Source: Eledone cirrhosa (Eukaryota). From it: 64,000 nucleotides of DNA. Location of the stretch: positions 301,754,001-301,818,000 of the forward strand of contig OZ024740.1 in the NCBI GenBank assembly GCA_964016885.1, read 5' to 3'. Numbering within the stretch: the stretch's first letter is position 1; each line of letters starts with the position of its first letter. The translations under genes were made by a program, and so were the position numbers. Positions 13,552-25,556 of this stretch are shown piece after piece. The notes beneath the pieces are model-generated. The model was not told the DNA's origin. It ran no database searches and saw only the letters and a program-made list of their open reading frames with translations.

Positions 13552-13893
13552 ATATTAACAAATGGAAACTAAATTTATAAAACCATATTTATTTCATTAT
13601 ACATATTTCAAGGGCCACCAAGGCAAGCTATGGTGCGCTTTCATCAGATAAAATATAATATACGTTTATTTTATAAATAATTATTGACATACCCTGAAAA
13701 AGTGCAACTATTCTGGTTGGAATCACCTGGATTTTGGTGGGTCTTGAAATATGTAAATGAAATAAATATGGTTTTATAAATATAGTTTAGATTTGTTAAT
13801 ATATTGTATATTTACTCCAATAATTTGTTGAGTGCTTTATATCAGTTTAAAAATATTTTGCTTGTTGTATCCCAACAAATTAAATATAACCTC

Positions 13894-13898
<5 letters not shown>
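13546..13898. mobile_element. Fold-back pLTR derivative (family related to 3920-4366)
   Basis: 13546-13622 and 13733-13810 are inverted. The tail at 13800-13898 is homologous to the reverse complement of 3920-4010. Confidence 0.8.
13590..13655 (-). ncRNA. Type I minimal hammerhead ribozyme
   Basis: Reverse complement: tattttat-CTGATGA-aagcgcacca..tggtggccctt-GAAA-tatgta-TA-atgaaata. Confidence 0.88.
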
Positions 13899-13975
<77 letters not shown>

Positions 13976-14151
13976 GTTATTAGGAGTATTCCAAAGCTTG
14001 GTAGAACAAGTTGTGAGGAAAGTTCTCAATATACGTTAAGGTGACTCGACAGGTTAGTAGGGATTCTGTAGTGGAAACACGAACAAACGAGGAGTGTAAT
14101 CAAAGAAGAGAAATAGGACGAAGGTAAACAGTTACAAAAGAATTTAATCCA

Positions 14152-14254
14152 CGTATTAACAATTGTTTCATCAGAATTTCAGTCCATTATTGCTACACTA
14201 TGTTATAATAGGCAATCAAGAAAGATACTGTAGCATCCGAATTTTCAAAATACA
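14152..14254 (-). ncRNA. Hammerhead ribozyme, U3-A8 variant, branched stem II
   Basis: Mirror of 16032-16134; stem II base is tcgga/tctga. Confidence 0.7.
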
Positions 14255-14323
14255 AAGTTGGAATGACCTTAGAAAATGAAATAAGGGGTAGTAGTGTAGG
14301 ATAGAGGACAGAGAGAGAGGGGG

Positions 14324-14384
<61 letters not shown>

Positions 14385-14612
14385 GATGGAGGTAGGGAGA
14401 GAAAGAGAAAGAGATAGTGTGGTGTGAGAGGATTTGTATAGGGAGGGGAGGAGGGTTGTGTGCTAAAAGTTGTGATGAGTAGAGGGAGAGAGAAGGAAGA
14501 TAGAATTTTAAGAGGCATTTGGAAGTGGACAGGCGAAAGTCTTACCAGTGAACAGATGAAGGAAGAAAGTATTACATTTCATATATAGTCTATTTTTAGG
14601 GGTGTAGAAATA

Positions 14613-15671
14613 ACAATATCTAATATAAGGTCCGTACCACATAGTATATCACTTAGAATATCCCGCCGCTCATCTAACCAACAAATATTCGATCAACACG
14701 CTGAATACTACAACACTGCATTAGAACGGGCTGGCCACACCGACAAACTAGAATACATGGACCGACACAACCATAAAACACATAACCACAGACACGCCAA
14801 ACGCCCCACAAACACCCCCACACACGCACCTGGACCCCCTAATACTAACCACACCACAAATACAACAGCAACATCAAAGCAAAACAGAACACGAAGTAGA
14901 TCTTACATTTGGTATAATCCTATTTTTAACTCTTCTATTAGCCCTAACTTACCTTCCACATTCTACAAAATTATAAAAAAACACTTTCCAAATTCACATA
15001 AATATAGTAGTATACTTAATACCAAAACAATTAGACTATCTTATTCCACTGCACCAAACCTAGACGCACACATTAAGATGCTCAACGCCAAAAAACTCCG
15101 TAACAACAACACCCTAATCACTCAACACAATAATACACCTAATACACAACCACCCACTAACAATCAGTATGCACAAAACACACTCACAGACACATCCCAG
15201 CCCACCTATAACTCCACCACTGCCCATTACAGAAATTGTAATTGCCACCTTCCAGGGATTTGTCCATTGAATAACGAATGTTTGCATTCAAACCTAGTGT
15301 ATAGGTGCTCGGTTGAGTCGGGCAACAAAACCTGGCACTACAAAGGCAGCACTGCAAACACCTTCAAAACTCGTTGGTACACGCATCGTTACGCAATAAA
15401 GCACCACCAACACCGTTACGTAACGACTCTCGCCGACAAAATTTGGCACTTAAAAGGGAGTAACCGACAATACACCCTTAAATGGACCAAACTCTCACAT
15501 GCTCCTCCATACCGGAGTGGGATGAAAACGTGCCCGTTGTGTAATAATGAGCTCTTCCATATTCTAAGCTCAAGCCACCAACTACTCAACAACAAAATTG
15601 AAAGGTCAATTTTTTGCCAGCATAAACTGAAAGCGAAATTCTCACACTTCAAACCTTCAACCAAATCTTAA
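14613..15671 (+). pseudogene. PLE ORF C-terminal part: RT thumb end plus GIY-YIG endonuclease
   Basis: Open frame: SISLRISRRSS..YYNTALERAGH, IWYNPIFN, RLSYST, CNCHLPGICPLNNEC, LVYRC..YKGST, CPLCNNE. Confidence 0.92.
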
Positions 15672-16031
15672 CACTACCTATCTTTCTACCCTAAATAACA
15701 ATTCCACACTCCTAAAAATAGACTGTATATGAAATTTAATACTTTCTTCCTTCATCTGTTCTCTGGTAAGACTTTCGCCTGTCCACTTCCAAATGCCTCT
15801 TAACATTCTATCTTCCTTCTCTCTCCCTCTACTCATCACAACTTTTAGCACACAACCCTCCTTCCCCTCCCTATACAAATCCTCTCACCCACACTATCTC
15901 TTTCTCTTTCTCTCCCTACCTCCATCCCTTTTCTCTCTCTCTCTCTCTCTCTCTCTTTTCCCCCTCTCTCTCTCTGTCCCTCTATCTTACACTACTACCC
16001 CTTATTTCATTTCCTAAGGTCATTCCAACTT

Positions 16032-16134
16032 TGTATTTTGAAAATTCGTATGCTACAGTATCTTTCTTCATTGCCTATTATAATATATTGTAGCAATAAT
16101 GGACTGAAATTCTGATGAAACAATTGTTAATACG
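16032..16134 (+). ncRNA. Hammerhead ribozyme, U3-A8 variant, branched stem II
   Basis: tgtatt-TTGAAAA-[72 nt including tgctaca/tgtagca]-GAAA-caattg-TT-aatacg. Confidence 0.7.
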
Positions 16135-16186
16135 TGGATTAAATTCTTTTGTAACTGTTTACCTTCGTCCTATTTCTCTTCTTTGA

Positions 16187-16218
<32 letters not shown>

Positions 16219-16219
<1 letters not shown>

Positions 16220-16716
16220 TTGGGGAGGGTCATATTTGCGTAATATTGCCAGAATTAATAACAGAACACACTCACTGTTTGGTTGGTTTTCGCTTCTCGC
16301 TGTCTTTTATATCTGCGATCTAACTTACTCGGTCCTCAATGTTGCCATTGACTGACCGGCGGTCAAAAATAATACAGATACAATATAGACACAAACACAT
16401 ATATATAGTTTACATAATTTACATAAATCTTTCGTTGCACATGTGCAACATCGTCTGTGGTGTTATATTCATTGTTCCTCCTGTTGTGTTGTATGTCTAC
16501 GCCATTTTTTTTTTTTTTTTGTCTATTTGTGGACCGAGTAAGTTAGATCGCAGATATAAAAGACAGCGAGAAGCGAAAACCAACGAAAGAGTGAGTGTGT
16601 TCTGTTATTAATTCTGGCAATATTACGCAAATATGACCCTCCCCAAATATAACAATATCTGTTTCGACACACGATTTCATATAAAAAACCTCGCAAAACT
16701 AATTCATCGCCGTCAT
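16219..16716. mobile_element. Fold-back pLTR derivative ('CCTCCCCAAATATAACAAT' family)
   Basis: Arms 16217-16334 and 16532-16650 are inverted. The centre matches the reverse complement of 41255-41435. Confidence 0.85.
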
Positions 16717-16730
16717 ATATATATATATAT

Positions 16731-17298
16731 AATGTAATCTGAGGTTTTCGAATATTAATAATAACATTCGATTCGTTTGCAATTATGCAAACAAGCCTCC
16801 ATTTTATAGCCATGTCAGTAGAATGAACACTTCATTCTTGCTCCTGTGTTGGCATGTGAACAGAAATGCAGACAGTAATGTTGCTGGGTATCACCCTTCA
16901 TCAGTACAGCTGACTGTTCACCTGCCAAACTGTCAGAGCTAGTGAAAAGATATGCTATTTTCAAAAATACGCCGTGATTAATCGGCCTAATTTGCATATT
17001 AGCAGACTGGCTCATCAGTCAGATCTGTATTTTAGTAGATCCACTGATCAATCACTGTGTACTTTTGAAAATAGCATATATATTCACTAGCTCTGACAGT
17101 CTGGCAGGTGAACAGTGAGCTGTACTAAAGAAGAATGATACCCAGAAACATTAGTGTATGCAGTCCTGTTCACATGCCAACACAATTGCAAGAATGAAGG
17201 GTTCCTTCTACTGACATGGCTATAAAATTGAGGCTTGTTTGCATAATTGCCAAAGCGTCGAATATTATTATTAATATTCGAAAAACTCAGATTACATT
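16731..17298. mobile_element. Older fold-back element with a degenerate HHR in each arm
   Basis: Arms ~16731-16967 and ~17063-17298 are inverted. HHR motifs lie at 16867-16908(-) (CTGATGA..GCAA..GTC) and 17120-17163(+) (CTAAAGA..GAAA..GTA). Confidence 0.85.
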
Positions 17299-17395
17299 TA
17301 TTGTATTCAGCCATGTAGAGCGAGAATTTTCTTTTTTATTTATATATATATATAAAGTGTTAAAACGATGAAATTTTAGTTTAGAACATTTATTA

Positions 17396-17440
17396 ACTGA
17401 TAATTGTTTCTTCCAGGGGGAAGTATGGAATCATCGGAGC
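17396..17440 (-). ncRNA. Minimal hammerhead ribozyme, U4C variant
   Basis: Reverse complement: gct-CCGATGA-ttcca/tacttccccc/tggaa-GAAA-caatta-TC-agt. Confidence 0.7.
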
Positions 17441-17510
17441 AAAAGGAATGTCGAAACATGTAAGAAAATTCCCAGTCATTTAGAACGTTTAGGGGACATT
17501 ATTGTTATTA

Positions 17511-18316
17511 ATGTCAAAGGCATCATGTGGAATGTAAGGAGTTAACAAGATGTTATGTTTAAACGAACACAATTACAGGCAGCACACGTTGGAAGTGTAA
17601 TATGTATAAGTAAAAAGTACGAGTAAAAAAAGTGTAAAAAGGTATAAGTAAAAAGTACAAGCAAAAAAATCACAAGCTAAAAAAACACAAGCTAAAAGAA
17701 CAACCAAAAAATTATAAGCAGGGTAAATGTAGTGATAATGTAGATATTTTGTATGTAAGGTGTAATGCAAAGCACATGATAGAGTTCGGTATGTGATTTT
17801 CATTTAAGTGTATTTGTGTTGTAGTTCGTATGTATGTGTGTATGTTGTTTGTTACTCACAGCTATTAACCATGGGAAACAACATACTCACATACATACGA
17901 ACTACAACACAAATACACTTAAATGAAAATCACATACCCAACTCTATCATGTGCTTTGCATTACGCCTTACATAAAACATATCTACATTATCACGACATG
18001 CCTCACTAACAAATTGCACATTATCTTAAACATTTATAACAATTATAACATGATTTAACACCCCACACAAAATACGTTTATTTCAAATACATTATAACTC
18101 TTTCCTCACACATGCATTATTGACTGTATTGACTCCTGCATTGTACACCAATTTTCCTTGCTTATAACTCTTTTGCCTGTCCTTTTAGCTTGAGATTTTT
18201 TTGCTTGTGCTTTTTGCTTATACCTATTACACTTCCAACCTGTGCTGCCTGTAATTGTGTTCGTTCAAGCATGACATCGTTTTAACTCCTGAATCTCCAC
18301 ATGATGCCTTTGACAT
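17511..18316. repeat. Large imperfect palindrome of PLE 3' UTR sequence
   Basis: 17727-17850 is inverted with 17876-17999, and 17511-17690 is inverted with ~18180-18316. Confidence 0.85.
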
Positions 18317-18524
18317 AGCTAACATCAATAGGGTAGACTTAAAAACCACACACAACCAGAAGCTGGCATTATAAGCACCCAGCAGAACCATATGGAGGGA
18401 AAGAAGAGTGGACCCAGTACCCGCCCTGGAACCCCAAACAGACTCAGCGAGCCTCCACAGGGCCCGGGGAAGGACCACCATATAATACGCAACGGGAACC
18501 CCACATTAGGCACGCGGAGGTCGA

Positions 18525-18770
18525 CCACCTCCTGCAACTGCAGAAACCCCGTAGTATGCCCCCCTTAGTAATGAATGCCTAAGGAAGAACTTAATATACA
18601 GATGTACAGTAAAAACATCCAACTCTGAACACTTTGCATAGGAGCCACATCAACGAGCTTTAAAGACCGACGGTATAACCATCGCCATTCCTTTAATAGG
18701 GAAGGCAAAAGGAAAAGTACGGCTCTTTCCGAACTGATCTGGAAGCTCGAGCTGGACAGGACCCCCTACA
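18525..18770 (+). pseudogene. Frameshifted Naiad-like GIY-YIG fragment
   Basis: TSCNCRNPVVCP / SNECLRKNLIYRCTVK / IGATSTSFKDRRYNHRHS. Confidence 0.85.
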
Positions 18771-18786
18771 TATACTTACATGTGTG

Positions 18787-18835
<49 letters not shown>

Positions 18836-19722
18836 ATATATATATATATATGGGTGTGTGTGTGTGTATAATGTATGTGTATATGTGTGAGTGTGTGTGT
18901 ATGTGTGCATAGTGGATGTACATGGGCCTGTATTTGTGCGTGTGTGCTGCAATGATGTGAGTTGACATAAGCGCATATGGACTCTATGCCGAAATAAGAA
19001 CTGTAGTCCTATGCATTTCCGGATTTTGACACTCAGGTTCTGGTGTTTTACACTCCACTCTTGTCTCATTTGCTCTTAAAACGCACCACCCCATGACAGT
19101 GTAAGGATTGTAATGCTTTGCACTTATCGATTCTGACACACAGCCTTTCTACTTCAGTCAATATTTTCCAAATCTTTCAAAGTTTGAGATTGGTTATAAC
19201 ACACACGCATTTTATTTTATTTTATTCTTTTATTTATTTTTTTTTGTTTGTTCCTTCATTTTATTGTATCTTGTTTTTTTATTTCTTCATTTTACTTTAT
19301 CGTATTTCTTTATCTGTTTGGCACCCCTCACCGCGTGAAATGGTGACAGGATAGATGCCAACCCACACAAACAAATTCTTCTAAATATAGCAGCAGCTGA
19401 ACTAAAGCTGACCTTTCAGCTCACCCCCTAACACTATCCCACTACCAACACAAGGGAGGAGGTCAGCTGTACTTAACAAAAACAACCACAATAGATTGTC
19501 TTGCCTCAGAAATATTCTATAGACTTTTGACTGAGGAATGATCTCACAACTGACCAATGGGAGGAGAGAGTGTCCTATGAAGCCGAAATTCGTTTGTTCG
19601 AATTCATATGATTCCAGTTCCTCGGAGAAATAACAACCCAACCAGGAGCTGGACATATCGGTGTATTGACGGAGTAAAACACTCTAACATCATGTGTACC
19701 TGTCTCTCCCACACCAATTCGG

Positions 19723-19777
19723 ACTGCCTCAAGAGGTCACAGCTAATGATGGCTGTCACCGAAATCTATATAGCAGT
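19723..19777 (+). ncRNA. Hammerhead motif (G5C copy of the 33841 family) in a pLTR at ~19600-19925
   Basis: actgc-CTCAAGA-ggtcacagc..gctgtcacc-GAAA-tctata-TA-gcagt; the tail is homologous to 33896-34042. Confidence 0.75.
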
Positions 19778-19923
19778 ACATCTTTAATAAACGAAGTCGA
19801 ATTTTAAATATTTGACTTAATTATTTTACATTACTCCGGAGTAACCAAACCAACCTGCGTACTTCGTCGAGTGCTCCAATCTGTATACTAGGTGTCGGTA
19901 AACAACCAACATATACTCAAAGG

Positions 19924-19965
<42 letters not shown>

Positions 19966-19969
<4 letters not shown>

Positions 19970-20865
19970 ACTAGTAATTAATTTACATATATATATATCT
20001 AAAATAAACATATGTAACAATCACAGGGGATAATCTGTAAAAGTGTGTAAGCACACACAGCTCTATGGGTAACTAATTAAAGTTTAACTGGAACTTCAAA
20101 AATAGATACCTTATAAATTGATTAATGTTCCTTGTATATATTTCATTAAAGAAATATATTTCACCAATTAATCGATTGGTAAACGACAGTAGCCAAATCC
20201 TGGATTTTCAACAAGGAAGAAGACTTAACTATCTTTGTTTACACATCAAATTCAAATATGTGATTAACTATTAGCACGTGTTGCATTTAATACAAATACA
20301 CACATAGCGCCAGCTTCGTCCCAGTGGCGTGAATAGGGTTATCGACAAATAGAAATAGCAATCAAGTCCTTTCAACTGAGTTAGCTCTACAATTAAGGGG
20401 CCGTATTTATATATATCCAAAATTTCAATTAAATTAAGGATGTCATGTCAGAGAGACATGCGCCATATCCACTGTAAAATATGCTTCAAGATTCCAATGA
20501 ATAGATCCGAGCAATTTATATCAACTAGAAATTGATTGACATATATACATATATATAAATTTAAAAAAAAAAAAAATCACAGAGGATAATCTGTAAAAGT
20601 GTGTAAGCACACACAGCTATGTGGATAAATAATTAAATTTTAACTAGAACTTCAAAAATAGATACCTTATAAATTGATTAATCTTCCTTGTATATATTTC
20701 ATTAAAGAAATATGTTTCACCAATTAAACGATTGGTAAACGGCAGTAGCCAAAGCAGGGAATTTCTAGTTGATATAAAATCTATTCATTGGAATCTTGGA
20801 GCATATTTTACAGTGGATATGGTGCATGTCTCTCTGACATGACAACCTTAATTTAATTTAAATTT

Positions 20866-20872
<7 letters not shown>
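19966..20872. repeat. Composite direct plus inverted repeat between (TA)n tracts
   Basis: 20019-20196 is directly repeated at 20575-20753, and 20410-20532 is inverted at 20761-20875. Confidence 0.85.
20128..20218 (-). ncRNA. Putative hammerhead, U3-A8 variant
   Basis: Reverse complement: ttccttg-TTGAAAA-[60 nt with hairpin ttaccaat/attggtga]-GAAA-tata-TA-caaggaa. Stem I is a perfect 7 bp; the stem II base is weak. Confidence 0.5.
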
Positions 20873-20915
<43 letters not shown>

Positions 20916-21149
20916 GTATGTATGTATGTATGTATGCTTCTTGAGAGGCCTTTTGGGGACAGAATCCTCAATCTCACCTTTAAGTGTGTCGTGTCATAAG
21001 AAACCGCCTCTAAAAGATCCGACTGTATCCCAGGTGAGACCTGCCGTACTCATCGTTGTTATACCTTACTCGGGATCTACTGCTGGGTTTCTTGTCGGAT
21101 ACTTTTGACCACAAAATCTATCCAGGGTTTCTTTCCTTAAATATTTTAA

Positions 21150-21720
21150 TCACAGTCCCGTAATATCGGAGCTGTGATCTCACAATTAGATGAAGTAGCA
21201 GCTTTACCAGAATCTATGCAGTCTATCGCGTAACATTGTATCAAAAAGAATTCGGGGGAACCCATTTCGAGCGCTTATTTTCCTTATCGTATTCCTTTGG
21301 TTATTACCCAAGATTCCTGATCAAACGTAAGGATTTGTACGTACACCGAATTGAAGATTGGTGTTTACACCTACCTACCTTTTTCAGATAACGTAAAGCT
21401 GAAGTTGGCGCATTACAACATCTCCTCCTGCAACTCTAGCATTCATTTTAGCTTTCTGCCTTCCATTACTCATGAAAACGGCCCTTGGATACATAGAATG
21501 TTCCACGTGCGTCAGTGGAACTCCTTCACATGTAAAGCACACATCACCGTCATCCTTAAGAAGACGATTGTCAAAGCTTTGCTAGTACTGATTCGCATTC
21601 CAGCCATGGATCACTCGGTAACAAACCTATCTAATGCATGTCAGAGATCAATTTCTGTCGAGTTAAATAATACCATTTCACCTGCACATTCCAGCCGACT
21701 GATCATACATCTGTTGGTTG
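21150..21720 (-). mobile_element. Degenerate RTE-clade LINE reverse transcriptase fragment
   Basis: The reverse complement translates to MVLFNSTEIDL*HALDRFVTE*SMAGMRISTSK..LTHVEH..SNGRQ..NARV, which resembles RTE RT domains 5-7. Confidence 0.75.
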
Positions 21721-21874
21721 TGATATTGCAGTTATTCATTTTCAACTCCAATAAAGTCAATAAGACAAAAAATGATACACCTGCAACGAAGACTTTAAAC
21801 AATCTACAGAAAGAGATGTGTACAGAGAATGAAATAAATTAGATACTTAGAAATTTATTTCATCAAATAAATTG

Positions 21875-22260
21875 TTCCAGTCGTCCATCCACCGATTCGT
21901 TATAGGATATGCTCCTCCAAACTTTCTGTTAGGAACGTGTCTCGGTTTCTCCTCACTTCAGCGAGATGCATATTCGTTGTCCACAACTGCATCTTAAGAT
22001 GTATATGTTGCAGCATCTGGGATCGATGCCTAATCTCTCAGAGCAAGAGGGTCACAAATAAAATTAAAGAACTGAAATGTGGGATGACCAGCGGGGAAGA
22101 TGAAATTAGGCCCGAGATGTTAGATCCGTAAATAAATTAGGTATTCTCTGTCTGTCACGTGTGTGCCGGATGAATTGAATATCTCGAAATCTAAGCAATG
22201 ACAATCGGGAGTGAGACAATAGGGATTGATCCAATAAGAGAAATATCTTGTTAAGCATCC
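21875..22260. mobile_element. Rearranged RTE LINE fragments
   Basis: On the + strand, IKELKCGMTSGEDEIRPEML resembles the pre-RT motif K-GKAAG-DEIRPEML. On the - strand, 22040-21875 resembles the RTE C-terminus. Confidence 0.6.
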
Positions 22261-25179
22261 CTATTAAAGTGAATGCTAAGTGTCTGGTAAAATGAAATGT
22301 TGGGAGATCGTGGGGTACAAGGTAGCTGCTGAACATTGTGGTTTTCACGCCGGAAACAGCACAGCCGACTGAAGTCTCACACTGCGGCAGGTATTTTAGA
22401 AATCGTGGAAGTACTGCCACGATGTGTATTCATACTTTTATAGACCCCTCTTTACAATTTACATTTTACTTTATTTAATATATCAACACATTTTAATGTG
22501 TATCGAACACGGTTTTGATATAAAATAGTAAGTGTCTAGGCTTTGTTGTTGGTATTTATGTTATTTAATCCGAGATCAACTCTGAACGAGCTCACTTATT
22601 TTCAAAGTTGGAAATTTATAACAACATTTCCCACCTTGCCTTTTCTCTGTGCTGTCAACCCAGGACCATATTATTCAGCGAAGATATATTATTGATTCTG
22701 GTAGCGATACATTCAATTAAATTGGCTGCTATATTAATTTTAGGTCACCGGAAACAAAAGAGACAGCTAATTAACTAGTGAGATTTGAATTCTAGGTTTA
22801 CCGGAACACAGCATTGACACTTAGGTTTGTTTTTGTTTTAGTTTTTGCTGCGTTAATAGGGCCATAGAAGTTACCGTTAGAAGAGCTGTTGTAAAGGTGG
22901 CACAACTGTGAGGTTACATACATGTTATGTTATATGCAAAAGATGTCTTTATTTAACCACAGGTCGACTATTTTATTGACTATCAATGATCATAATATTT
23001 CTAGTGATGAGCTTCTTGTATGCCATTTAGACTGTGTTTTTAAGCACATAATATAACTACTTTTATTATCTTAAGACTGTAGGGTATACATTGTGACTGA
23101 TTTTGATGTAATTCATAGAATATCAAGTGTCCTCGTATACACTCCGTCATTTCCGCAATAAAACGTATTGTAAGTGAGTTTAAGGGTATGCTGTGAATGT
23201 GTGTGAATGTGCGTATTGGTAACACATCCACAACTAAATCGTTTTCTCTGAGATTTATATTGATATATAGTATCATTAAACCAAAAGGTTGAAATTACTA
23301 TTTTCGTGTTTAATTCTCCTTTTAGCTTAAACACTAGGTGTGTAATTTACGCTAGATACATATGTTAAATTGGGGCTTAGTTGACACATTTACGTTTTCA
23401 TTTCATCTTTTGTTCTGCATTTATTCTCTGAGTCAAGGCCCGCCTAAAATTAATGAGATAAAATATCAGTTTTCTATGACAATTTATGGGAATTATTTAC
23501 GCAGCTTGGTCGGGTTAAGTGATATTTGCACATATATAAACTATGAAATCTTCCCATCATTACATTATCTTACCCAACCACTCAACACAACTAATGAAAA
23601 TAAATATAAATATCGAGGATATGCAATATATATTAAGATGTCTCAAGTCGCATCCCTTCTAACAATGATTTTAAACTAAAATTACATGTACTGTCCATAA
23701 GGGATTCACACGAAATAACCTGCACATATTGCCCTTTACATGAAGAAATATTGAAATTACATTTGTATTTTATGTGATGCTATATTATATTCAAACTCAT
23801 ATATAACTTAAATAGGGTGCATGTAAGAAGAGGCTGATTTTTCATCGTGGGAAGCATTTAAAATGTCTCATAGCTACATATACGTATTGCGCAGTGATGC
23901 TCATCGATCAGTCTAACACTGAGTAAAAATTCAGTTCACTCAATATTTCATGTGTTTCTCACTTGAACTTGTTTTGTTTCATTTCAATAAAATATATGGT
24001 GTATTTTAATATGCGTGGGTTTTCTATGGCTACATTTGTGCGAATGGGAGTGAATTTGTGAATGCATATATGTGAATATGATTTTAGATGGCTTCGTTTT
24101 TCTATCGCTTCAGATATTTTGCATGTGAAGACTGATTTTTTGTGCAATCTTGTAGAACTATCTTTCGTATAATATAAATTTGTTTTCCGTTCGACTTCAC
24201 TTAATCTTCTTAATCATCTTTCAAGTTGCCTGAACGTTTCAAATACATCAATGGAATAGTTGTTAATTCGTCAATATCTAATATATTCTAGTTCATAACG
24301 AGTCCTTATATGTACAATGGAAATACATTTCTACGTATCTAATTCAATTCAGTAATTGTACACATTTCTTTCTGTAAGTTTTTTATGATTTTCGTGGCAG
24401 GTGTACTTTTATTTTTTTTAGATTTGAAAATAAATAGCTAATATTTTGTTTCACTAAAATGATTTGATTATTTCCTCTGTCCTTTGTAGGTGTCATTTAT
24501 ATACCTTATTGCTACAATTATTTAGTGCTTTCCGAAAATATTAATTATAAATTTAAATGAAACTTAGTATTGGCTTATACGATATATGATGTTTATTCTG
24601 TTATTATTAACGATTATATTCTTGATTGTTTAAGATACAGGAATGTTGAAGCAATATTAAGATATTCATGAAATATTTTACCTTTATTTACAATCAGATA
24701 TGCTTTGATCATTCACTCCAAACTTTCAATACTTTCAGAAGAGTCGATCGCGTCATATGATGGAATTGCAGGTCTATATTGCTCAATGATTCTTTCTTTA
24801 TATAAGATGTTCTAATATATTTTGTGAGAAATTAACTGCTATATCTAGAAGGTTATTCGAGTGTATAACGTTCGATGTCTATGGATGTTATCGATATGAT
24901 AACTGCTTTCTCTAATATCTATGGTGGTTGGTTTTCTTGTATGTTATCCTAGTTTTTTGCCTCTCAGTCTAACACATCATTGACGTGTAGCCTATAAACG
25001 CTTATATATATAATGGTCCTGCATTTTAACACACCGCCACTGGAAAAAAAACCAGATTACAACACTACCATTGTATAGATTACAGTGGTGCAGGCTCAGC
25101 ATATTTTGCTTCATCCATGTATTCATATGTTTATTTATTTGTAAGCGTTTTAGTGGAAACTGCCGTTAGAGAAGAGGAT

Positions 25180-25556
25180 TAGCTCTTAGTCCTACTTGTT
25201 CCGTCGGGATCATAATTCAATCAATCCTCACCAATGATCTCGGTCTATGGCAGCTCGTTGACATCCGTGCCAGGTGATGTTGATGATATGTAGGTTATTT
25301 GGATCATCCGCCGCTTGGTCACCTTCGGTCGCACCGTTTTCTGCTTACTTTCGAAGGCGAGTCCATCTCATCACCATTTTGGCTACTGGTGTTGTGGGGG
25401 AGCGCAGAATATGACCCGCAAAACGGAAACGACGCTCCTTGAAGACCTTCGCCAGTGTATGGAAACAAGCTCTCTGCAGGATCTCTTCCTTCGGAACCAT
25501 ATCTCGCCAGGTGATTTTTAGAATGTTACACTGGCATCTCTGATGGAAAGTGGGTA
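25180..25556 (-). mobile_element. RTE LINE 3' end fragment
   Basis: Reverse complement: FHQRCQCNILKITWRDMVPKEEILQR..ERRFRFAGHILRSP..AKMVMRW. Confidence 0.85.

Larger units (their letters stand above)
14099..16190 (+). mobile_element. 5'-truncated Naiad-like PLE with inverted pLTR
   Basis: 14099-14611 is the reverse complement of ~15697-16188, and the two arms flank an EN ORF. Confidence 0.9.

Noticed and set aside
16112-16120. CTGATGA as an HHR core
   Set aside because: It overlaps the GAAA directly and leaves no stem II. The real core candidate is TTGAAAA at 16038.
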